Below are positions 51,525-59,913 of a stretch of DNA of 64,000 nucleotides, one piece after another (position 1 is the stretch's first letter; every line of letters begins with the position of its first letter). The notes below the pieces were generated by a model. The model was not told the origin of the DNA. It was given only the letters and a program-made list of their open reading frames with translations, and searched no databases. A program made the position numbers and the translations under genes. The stretch is from an uncultured bacterium (lineage in GTDB: Bacteria; Patescibacteriota; Minisyncoccia; Phycocordibacterales; CAWITU01), in contig CAWITU010000002.1 of NCBI GenBank assembly GCA_963839205.1, positions 148,627 through 212,626 of the forward strand, in the 5' to 3' direction.

Positions 51525-51819
51525 TGCTATTTGTATAAGTTTATGATATAATCCTTAGACAAATAAACATTAGCCTACTTGAAAGGGGGTGTAGGGCATT
51601 GATCAATAATGAAACAAGTACTCCAGAAATAAGAATCTAGAGGATGAAATTCGTCCTTATGGTTCTCCTATCTCCCTTCGTGGTCTTTACGGTGTGGGCA
51701 ATCGCTTGCACGTATCATGAGTCTCTACAGGAGATAGGGAGTCGAGCCGGCGTGGAAACATTCGCGCCGGCTCTTTCTTTTTCCTGCATCTTTTGTTATC
51801 TTAAGGAAGCTTCTTTTGC

Positions 51820-51895
51820 GCGCGCATAGCTCAGTTGGTAGAGCATTCGACTGATACTCGAAAGGTCCTAGGTTCGAACCCTAGTGCGCGCACCA
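51820..51895 (+). tRNA. tRNA-Ile (anticodon GAT), CCA encoded
   Basis: Manual cloverleaf: acceptor GCGCGCA/TGCGCGC, D arm GCTC-AGTTGGTA-GAGC, anticodon loop CTGATAC, T arm CTAGG-TTCGAAC-CCTAG, ACCA. Confidence 0.9.
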
Positions 51896-51969
51896 TTTTT
51901 ATTTTATACAGAGAAGACCTTTTCATCAGAAAGTATTTGTGATATATTTTTTTAGAAAAGGGGAGCTCC

Positions 51970-52344
51970 ATGATTTCATCTATACGTGCTGTGTCGGTTA
52001 CTCGTGTTGTGCCAGTCGTTCTTTATCTTTTCCGAAAAGTATTAATTCCCCCCGAAGCCTATCTAAAATTAAGATTGAGAAAATTTGAAAATTGGCTAAA
52101 AGCCTATCCTGGAAGAATGCGATTAGCTGAATTTGAGGAGGATGCTAAACTTCAACTTGATGATCACCTTGAGACTGTCAGACAAGCCTATCGGCTCTAC
52201 TTAAAAAGTGATGGTTATACTTATATTAGTTTCCCGGGAGTAAGGTTTATTTTTCAAAGGCCTGAAGCAGAAATCAATGAGCTAACCGTTCATTGTGTGC
52301 TCTGGAAAATCAGAGCTACTCAATTAGGCTGGTCCATAATATGA
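51970..52344 (+). CDS. hypothetical protein (SD-bearing)
   Basis: 124-aa ORF preceded by AAAAGGGGAGCTCC-ATG and followed by a GC-rich terminator. No recognised domain. Confidence 0.45.
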   Translation: MISSIRAVSVTRVVPVVLYLFRKVLIPPEAYLKLRLRKFENWLKAYPGRMRLAEFEEDAKLQLDDHLETVRQAYRLYLKSDGYTYISFPGVRFIFQRPEAEINELTVHCVLWKIRATQLGWSII

Positions 52345-52377
52345 CCGGCGGCGCGCTCCAAAACGCGCCGCCGGCTT
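52344..52377 (+). terminator. rho-independent terminator
   Basis: ACCGGCGGCGCG-CTCCAAAA-CGCGCCGCCGGCTTT. Confidence 0.75.
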
Positions 52378-52397
52378 TACTTTTAATTAATATAAAA

Positions 52398-53451
52398 ATG
52401 CAAAATAAAAAAACTAAATATAATTGCCACAATTGGTCCTGCTACTGAAAGTCAGTCACAGTTAGAAAAACTACTCAAAGCGGGTATGACTTTCATGCGC
52501 CTAAATTTTTCGCATGGTGATTTTGAAGAGCATGCTAAGAAAGTTAAGAATCTAAAGAAGGCTTCCAAGGCTACTCATATGAAGGCAATAACATTTCAGG
52601 ATCTCGGGGGACCAAAAATACGAACTGGAGAATTTCATACTCCAAGTGGTAGGGCCCATATTGAAGCAGGTGAAAAGTTTATACTTACCACTTTAAAAGC
52701 AAAAGGAGATGGAACCCGAGTTCATATAACTTACAAGAAATTACCAAAAGAAGTTAAAGTCGGTCATCGAATTATGCTTGATGATGGAAAAAAGGAATTG
52801 GATAGTTACTTCCATAAAAGGAACAGAGATTATTACTAAAGTAATCGTCGGTGGGGAACTCAAAGGGAGACGCGGAGTTAATCTTCCTGATACCAATCTT
52901 TCAATCAGTTCACTAACATCGAAAGATAAAAAAGATTTAATTTTTGCTATTAATCATAAACTTGATTATGTCGCGCTTTCATTTGTCAGGATCCTTCTGA
53001 TGTGATTGAACTTCGCAAAATTCTTAAAAAAGCTGGATCAAAAGCTGGTATCATTGCGAAAATAGAAACACCTCAGGCTGTAGACCATATTGATGAAATT
53101 ATAAAATTATCTGACATGATTATGGTAGCGAGAGGAGATTTGGCAGTTGAAATTCCTGCTGAAACAGTTCCATTGGTTCAGAAAATGATTGTTAGAAAAT
53201 GTAATAAGGCTGGTAAGCCAGTCATTGTGGCCACTCAGATGTTTGAATCAATGATCCATGCTTCAACACCAACTCGCGCCGAAGTCTCAGATGTGGCTAA
53301 TGCGGTCTTGGACGGCGCAGACGCTGTTATGCTCTCAGAAGAAACCACTTTAGGTTCTTATCCGATTGAATCAGTAGTTATGATGAATAAAGTAATTACT
53401 GCAACTCAAAAGGAAATGCGAAATCCTCATTTTCTTAAACACATAGTCTAG
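52398..53451 (+). pseudogene. pyk: pyruvate kinase (A/B domains only), about 3 apparent frameshifts
   Basis: [78 protein letters not shown] 52398 is out of frame across a 7-A run. Further frame changes near 52805 and 52995. Confidence 0.85.
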
Positions 53452-53487
53452 ATAGTAGAATTTTGTTATTGTATCAATTGGCAAAAT

Positions 53488-53574
53488 GCCGATGTGGTGA
53501 AATTGGCAAACACGTAGTGTTCAGAACGCTATGGGCGCAAGCCCTTGGAGGTTCAAGTCCTCTCATCGGCACCA
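53488..53574 (+). tRNA. tRNA-Leu (anticodon CAG), class II, CCA encoded
   Basis: Acceptor GCCGATG/CATCGGC, anticodon loop TTCAGAA, long variable arm TGGGCGCAAGCCCTT, T loop TTCAAGT. Confidence 0.9.
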
Positions 53575-53577
53575 ATT

Positions 53578-53650
53578 CGGAGCATAGTGTAACGGCTAAC
53601 ATACACGATTCGGGTTCGTGTGATTCTGGGTTCGAATCCCAGTGCTCCGA
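53578..53650 (+). tRNA. tRNA-Pro (anticodon CGG), CCA not encoded
   Basis: Acceptor CGGAGCA/TGCTCCG, anticodon stem-loop CACGA-TTCGGGT-TCGTG, T arm CTGGG-TTCGAAT-CCCAG. Confidence 0.9.
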
Positions 53651-53677
53651 TGTAAGAGGCGAATCCCAGTGCTCCGA
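53633..53677 (+). repeat. 18-nt direct duplication of the tRNA-Pro 3' end
   Basis: CGAATCCCAGTGCTCCGA occurs at 53633-53650 (inside the tRNA) and again at 53660-53677, separated by TGTAAGAGG. Confidence 0.9.
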
Positions 53678-53700
53678 AAACAGAAGTTGAAGTTAATGAT

Positions 53701-53946
53701 ATGTTGGTTTATAGTAGTGTCATGAATAAACATCTGATTGTTGCAATTTTAGGGTTAGTTTCATTTCTTTTAATTTTTCCAAGTTTTCCGATTATGTGGA
53801 AACTTTATTTCTTTGCAATTTCAGGCCTCGTGCTTTGTTGGATTGGTACAACACTTTATTTTCAAGACCGAAAAGAAGCCAAAAATAAAAGAGGCAGTAG
53901 ACCTATGTTGGAAGAAGCAAAAACATTCGTTGAGAATGTTGTATAA
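53701..53946 (+). CDS. small two-TM membrane protein
   Basis: 81 aa with two hydrophobic helices and a basic C-terminal tail. Confidence 0.45.
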   Translation: MLVYSSVMNKHLIVAILGLVSFLLIFPSFPIMWKLYFFAISGLVLCWIGTTLYFQDRKEAKNKRGSRPMLEEAKTFVENVV

Positions 53947-53960
53947 TTAGCTCATAGATA

Positions 53961-55763
53961 ATGAATAATGAGGAAAAAGTAACTTATTTTGCCGAGACCG
54001 ACTCGCGCAACAAGCGGATTCCTTTTGGCATCAAAAATAAGGATAGATCTCGCCACACTTATGTGATTGGTAAAACTGGCATGGGTAAATCAACTTTGCT
54101 TGAGAATATGGCTGTTCAGGATATTAAAAACGGCGAAGGCTTTGCTTTCATTGATCCTCACGGAAAATCAGCCGATCTTCTTCTTGAATATATTCCAGAG
54201 TCGCGAATTAAGGACGTACTGTACTTTGCGCCATTTGATATGGAGTACCCAGTCTCCTTTAATGTGATGGAGGATGTAGGGGCTGACAAAAGGCATCTTG
54301 TTGCAAATGGTTTGATGAGCGCTTTTAAAAAGATTTGGGTTGACGCTTGGTCAGCTCGTATGGAATATATTTTGAATAATATTCTGTTGGCCCTCCTTGA
54401 ATATCCAGATTCAACTTTGATTGGTGTTAACAGAATGTTGGCGGACAAGGATTATCGAAAGAAAGTCGTTGATAATATTACTGACCCGTCGGTTAAATCT
54501 TTTTGGGTTGATGAATATGCTAAATACACTGATCGTTTTGCTGCCGAAGCCGCACCTGCAATTCAAAACAAAATTGGACAGTTCGTTTCTAATCCGCTCG
54601 TTAGAAATATTATTGGTCAACCAAAATCAACTTTTGATATTAGAAAATTGATGGATGAGAAAAAAATTCTCATTATTAACCTTTCCAAAGGAAGAGTGGG
54701 TGAATCAAATGCCAACCTTTTGGGGAGTATGCTTATCACTAAGATTTATCTAGCGGCAATGTCTCGAGCCGATCTAAGTGAAGATGAACTTAAAACCAGG
54801 CCCCATTTTTATCTCTATGTGGACGAATTTCAAAACTTTGCTAATGAATCATTCGCAGACATTCTTTCTGAGGCTAGAAAGTATAAATTAGATTTAACTG
54901 TAGCCCATCAATATATTGAGCAAATGTCGGAAGAGGTGAGGGCGGCGGTTTTCGGAAACGTTGGTACGATGATTGTCTTTAGAGTGGGTGCTTATGATGC
55001 TGAAGTATTGGAAAAAGAATTTGCACCACAATTTACAGCGGAAGATCTAGTTAATCTTGGTTTTTGTCAGATATATTTAAAATTGATGATTGATGGGGTA
55101 AGTTCATCACCTTTCTCGGCCGTAACATTACCGCCAATTAAAAGGGAAGCAACTTCTTTCCATAATCAGATAATTGAAAGTTCCAGAGATTCTTATGCTA
55201 GACCTCGTAATGTTGTTGAAGAAGAAATTAAGATTTGGCATGCTCCAATTGAATCACCAAGACCCGCTCAAGCCCCAAGATCTGCTTTTGTGGACAAGAA
55301 GACTATTCCAACAACTCAAAATCAGTCACCAAAATTTACAGCGCAGCAACCCAGAGAATCAATTAACCGAGATAGAAAACCATTCGCACCTCCGCTTCCA
55401 CCACCTGCTCCGGTTCAACAAACACCAGCTCAGACTCGACAAGCGGAGCGTAATGTTCGAGATTCACGTGAGACTGAGATTCGAAAGGCGATGTCATTGG
55501 ATTATTTAAAACCAAAGGTTGAACCTGAAAAGAAAAAAGAGCCAAGTGCTCAAAATATTGCAGACTTAAGAGCGGCACTTCTTTCGGTATTGCCAGCAGA
55601 ATCAATTAAGCAGACCCAGCCACCAGCTCCTCAACCTAAGCCTAAAATGCTAGAAGTAAAAAAAGAGGAGACTACTGCTGTTCAAAATAATGAAGCTAAG
55701 ACAAAAGAGGTTCCGGAGGAGGTTCTAAGAAAAATATTACATGTCGATGAACCCGAAAGTTAA
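53961..55763 (+). CDS. TraD/VirD4-like (type IV coupling-protein family) P-loop ATPase with Pro/Gln/Lys-rich tail
   Basis: Walker A GKTGMGKST, Walker B-like HFYLYVDEFQNF, AHQYIEQM. The C-terminal roughly 190 aa are low complexity (PPLPPPAPVQQTPAQT..). Confidence 0.65.
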   Translation: MNNEEKVTYFAETDSRNKRIPFGIKNKDRSRHTYVIGKTGMGKSTLLENMAVQDIKNGEGFAFIDPHGKSADLLLEYIPESRIKDVLYFAPFDMEYPVSFNVMEDVGADKRHLVANGLMSAFKKIWVDAWSARMEYILNNILLALLEYPDSTLIGVNRMLADKDYRKKVVDNITDPSVKSFWVDEYAKYTDRFAAEAAPAIQNKIGQFVSNPLVRNIIGQPKSTFDIRKLMDEKKILIINLSKGRVGESNANLLGSMLITKIYLAAMSRADLSEDELKTRPHFYLYVDEFQNFANESFADILSEARKYKLDLTVAHQYIEQMSEEVRAAVFGNVGTMIVFRVGAYDAEVLEKEFAPQFTAEDLVNLGFCQIYLKLMIDGVSSSPFSAVTLPPIKREATSFHNQIIESSRDSYARPRNVVEEEIKIWHAPIESPRPAQAPRSAFVDKKTIPTTQNQSPKFTAQQPRESINRDRKPFAPPLPPPAPVQQTPAQTRQAERNVRDSRETEIRKAMSLDYLKPKVEPEKKKEPSAQNIADLRAALLSVLPAESIKQTQPPAPQPKPKMLEVKKEETTAVQNNEAKTKEVPEEVLRKILHVDEPES

Positions 55764-57108
55764 GGCACTCATTGAGGGAAAGAAAATAACTGTTATGGGC
55801 CTCGGCCTACTCGGCCGAGGCCTTGGTGATGTCCGTTTTTTAGCTTCTCATGGAGCTATACTTACTGTCACCGATCTTAAATCTAAAGAAGCACTCAAAG
55901 AGAGTCTGGCTTCACTTCAGGATATTCCAAATATAGTTTTTCATCTCGGAGGCCACGTTCCTCAAGATTTTAAAAATTGCGACATGGTTTTAAAAGCCGC
56001 TGGAGTTCCACTAGATTCCCCCTACATTGCTGAGGCTAGGAAGAATAATATACCGATTGAAATGAGTTCTGCTCTTTTTACAAAATATGCAGAGGTGACA
56101 GTGATTGGAGTCACAGGTACAAGAGGGAAATCAACGGTGACCCACCTCATCCACAATATGTTGGTAAATAATTTTGAAGGTTCTGATACCGAGGTGTTTC
56201 TTGGTGGAAATGTGAAAGGAATTTCCACATTAGCTCTTTTTGATGAAATTAAAAAAGGGGACTACGTTGTTCTTGAACTTGATTCATGGCAACTACAAGG
56301 TTTTGGTGAAGATAAGATAAGTCCCCATATTGCGGTATTTACGACATTCATGCCTGACCACATGATTTACTATAAAAATGATATGAATCTTTATCTTGAA
56401 GATAAGGCAAATATTTTTAAATTTCAAAATGGTAATGATTTCTTGGTGCTCGGAGAGCAGGCAGTGGACTTGATAGAGGAAAAATATGCTGGAGTTATTA
56501 AATCAAAGAAAATAATTGCAAAAAATAGCGACATTCTGAGTAATACTAGAATCCGTATCCCCGGAGAACATAATATAAATAATATTTCTGTCGCAACTCA
56601 GGTCGCAAAAGCTTTAAATATTTCTGATTCGGTCATTAGAAGAAGTATTGAATCATTCAAGGGTGTGCCTGGAAGGTTAGAATTTTTAGGCGATAGGGAT
56701 GGTGTAAAAATTTATAATGATACAAATGCGACTTCACCTGAGGCAACCATTGTTGGTCTGAAAGCACTCTCGAAAGATAAGAATATTGTTCTAATTATGG
56801 GAGGGCACGATAAAGCACTAGATATGGCTGAGCTGATTAAAGAGATTCCGAACCACTGTAAGAAAGTAGTTATCCTGCCTGGGACCGGAACGGATCGTGT
56901 TTATGAGTCTATCGTTGGGACTAATGTGCCTGTAGAGAAGGCAAATGACTTGGCCGAAGCCGTGGGAAGTGCCTTGGCTTCGGCCACATCTGGTGACATT
57001 GTCCTCCTAAGCCCTGCTTTTGCCTCATTTGGCCTGTTTAAGAACGAATATGACCGGGGTGATCAGTTTAATATCCTTGCTAAAAAATGGCTTAGCAAAG
57101 GCGTATAG
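55741..57108 (+). CDS. murD: UDP-N-acetylmuramoyl-L-alanine--D-glutamate ligase
   Basis: Rossmann-like N-domain (ITVMGLGLLGRG) and Mur ligase P-loop GVTGTRGKST. Full three-domain length. Confidence 0.9.
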   Translation: MSMNPKVKALIEGKKITVMGLGLLGRGLGDVRFLASHGAILTVTDLKSKEALKESLASLQDIPNIVFHLGGHVPQDFKNCDMVLKAAGVPLDSPYIAEARKNNIPIEMSSALFTKYAEVTVIGVTGTRGKSTVTHLIHNMLVNNFEGSDTEVFLGGNVKGISTLALFDEIKKGDYVVLELDSWQLQGFGEDKISPHIAVFTTFMPDHMIYYKNDMNLYLEDKANIFKFQNGNDFLVLGEQAVDLIEEKYAGVIKSKKIIAKNSDILSNTRIRIPGEHNINNISVATQVAKALNISDSVIRRSIESFKGVPGRLEFLGDRDGVKIYNDTNATSPEATIVGLKALSKDKNIVLIMGGHDKALDMAELIKEIPNHCKKVVILPGTGTDRVYESIVGTNVPVEKANDLAEAVGSALASATSGDIVLLSPAFASFGLFKNEYDRGDQFNILAKKWLSKGV

Positions 57109-57170
57109 TTTAGGTAATTATCCTCATATCCATTTGATTTATCCCTTGTTTGTGATATAATAGGCAACGT

Positions 57171-57458
57171 ATGAAAAACAGACATTCAAACGGGAACAGC
57201 GGTTTCATTTATGCGGCTTTTCTGGTTTTGGGAGCACTTTTCATCTTAGCTTCAGGGGTTTCAACCCTCTTAAGTGATGGAGGAAAAGCTGACCCAGGAG
57301 ACCTCTCAGGGGCTACTCCTTTTACTGTGGCTGCAGTAGCAACAAGTACAGCAACCTCAACAGATGATCTAGTTGCCTCAAGTAGTGTGGATATGACAGC
57401 TTCGTCTACAGCAACCACAACTATTGATTCAACTTCTACAGCAACTTCAAGTAATTAA
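57171..57458 (+). CDS. small TM-anchored Ser/Thr-rich protein
   Basis: TM (FIYAAFLVLGALFILASGV) followed by a low-complexity tail, ATSTATSTDD..SSTATTTIDSTSTATSS. Confidence 0.4.
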   Translation: MKNRHSNGNSGFIYAAFLVLGALFILASGVSTLLSDGGKADPGDLSGATPFTVAAVATSTATSTDDLVASSSVDMTASSTATTTIDSTSTATSSN

Positions 57459-57497
57459 TCTTAGTTAGTAAGAGATTTTGTACTATAATAGGTTTCT

Positions 57498-58768
57498 ATG
57501 AAAGAGGAAATAAATATTTCTGATATTAAAAATGTCTACTTTATAGGCATTGGTGGTATTGGCATGTCCGCTTTAGCTCTCTATTTAAAACACCTTGGGA
57601 AGAATGTTGTCGGTTCTGATACTGGCTTCGCTTCGTATGAAAATTTAGTTGAAACTGGTATAGATGTTCACAAAGATTATGACTCAACCAGAATAACTTC
57701 TTCGTATGATGTTGTTGTTTATACTTTAGCAACTCCGAAAGATAATGAAGAACTTTTGAAAGCGGGTGAGTTGGGACTGCCAATCTTCACTTATGCTGAA
57801 ATGTTGGGTTTGGTCTCAAAGAATAAAAAAACTATCGCTATCTCGGGCACTCACGGTAAGACAACTACCACCGCCATGGTCGCTAAAGTATTAATTGATG
57901 CCGGCCTTTCACCAACTGTTATTGTTGGAAGTTTACTTAATTATCCTTTTGGCCAATCAGAAAAGAAAACTAATTTTATTGCAGGCGATAGTGAATACTT
58001 TGTCGTTGAGGCGTGTGAATATAAAAGATCATTTTTAAATTTATATCCATATATTTTGGTAATAACAAATATCGAAGCTGATCATTTAGATTATTATAAG
58101 GACCTCAGTGATATTCAAGAGGCATTCAAGGAGTTGTCAGATAAGGTGCCGAAAGATGGTCCATAATCACTTCAGCGGAATATGACAAGTATATTCAGTC
58201 AGTACCACCTTTAATGAAACCAGGAGAACATAATCGGAAAGATGCTGCTGCGGCATATGCTGTGGCTAAGAAACTTGGAATTCCAGAGGAGGTGATAAAG
58301 AAATCACTTGCTGATTTTCCAGGAACCTGGCGACGGTTTGAATACAGGGGAAAAACTCAAATTGGCGCCTTAATTTATGATGATTATGGTCATCACCCAA
58401 CCGAAATTAAAGCTACATTAGAAGGAGCCAGAGAATTGTTTGGAGATAAAAAAATAATTGCCGTTTTTCAACCTCATCTATACAGCAGAACTAAAGATCA
58501 CCTTCGTGATTTTGGTGAAGCGTTCACAGATGCAGATAAAGTTATTATTGCTCCAATCTTTGCTGCAAGAGAACCATTTGATGATTCAATCTCTTCTGAG
58601 ATGCTAGCTGAAGAAATAAATAAAAATGAAACTGGAAAAGCCCGCGCTATTTCATCTTTCGATGAAATAGCGCGGGCACTTCTTTCTGAAATTTCTTCAA
58701 ACGACGTAATAATTACTATCGGCGCAGGTGATATCTACAAAGTCATTGATCATCTGATGAATAAGTAG
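57498..58768 (+). pseudogene. murC: UDP-N-acetylmuramate--L-alanine ligase (frameshift near 58165; shortened central segment)
   Basis: GIGGIGMSALA, ISGTHGKTTTTAM, NIEADHLDYY, then after a frame change ..PGEHNRKDAAAAYAVAKKLG..GTWRRFEY..DDYGHHPTEI. Confidence 0.85.
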
Positions 58769-58776
58769 ATTAAAAT

Positions 58777-59913
58777 TTATCCGTTGAGTATTGGTTCTAG
58801 TCTTTGAAATAAATCCAAAGCATTGCGAAAAGTCTGGTCCATATTAAAATATTTATAATTGGCCAATCGCCCTACAAAATAGATACCATTATCTTCTAAC
58901 TTTTCAGCTTCAATTTTATACTTATCGTAAATTGAGCGATTATTTGCAGATGGAACAGGATAATATGGTTCACCGTCCCAAGTTGGATACTCGCGCACGA
59001 TTGTTGTTTTTGGATTTATCTGTTTTGTTTGATGCTTATACTCAACTATTCTTGTAAAGGGTATTGAAATGTCTGGATAGTTTTCTTGCACAACCTCCTG
59101 AAAAAATTCTTGATTCAATGTTTCCTCTTCGAAACGAAGTGATCTATATTCTAATTTACCAAGTTCCTCTTTAAAATATGAATCAATCTTACCTGTAAAA
59201 AATAGCTTATGGTATGACACAGAACCCTGAATTTCTTCCCAGCTAGTGTTAAGTCTAATCTCTATATTTTGACGATTAAGCATATTTTCAAAAATCTTAG
59301 TGTATCCATCCTTTGGGTAATATTGATATTTGTCAGTAAAGTATCTGTCGTCATGGTTTTTTCTAATTGGAATTCTGTCCATAACACTTGGTTCAAGTTC
59401 TCTTGGACTTTTATCTCATTGCTTGGTCGTGTAATTCTTAAGCATCTTTTCATATAATCTTTTACCAGCTCTTTTTAGTGCGGATTCCTCAGAATTTTGA
59501 GGTATTTCTATTTTCTCGACCTCTTTGTCTAACCATTTCTCCATGTCAGATTCGTCTTTAATCCCAGCATTAAAAATAATATTCACCGTATCCATGTTTA
59601 TAGGCATCGGTACTTTTTTGCTGTCTACATGACTTAATACCTTAGCCTCAAATGGCACCCAATCCGAAAATTTCTGAACATACTGCCATACACCTTCGTC
59701 ATTCGTTCTGAAATAATGTGGCCCATATTTTGAAATTCTAATTCCAGATTCATTATCCTGATCATAACAGTTTCCACCTATATGATTGCGTTGTTCTATA
59801 ACAAGAATTTTTATTTCTTTATTTTGTGCGTACCTTTCTGCAAGAGTTGCTCCAGATATTCCAGCCCCAACAATAACAATATCCCACCTTTCTTTGGTTA
59901 AGGTAGTCTTCAT
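58777..59913 (-). pseudogene. glf: UDP-galactopyranose mutase with in-frame TGA at a conserved Trp
   Basis: FAD motif VGAGISGATLAERYA. The two tracked ORFs are in the same frame, separated only by TGA (59416-59418) in ..NYTTKQ*DKSPRELEPSV.., where UGMs have KQW. Confidence 0.85.

Noticed and set aside
53463-53690. 75-aa ORF overlapping tRNA-Leu and tRNA-Pro.
   Set aside because: Both tRNAs fold into complete cloverleaves, and the ORF is just their translation.
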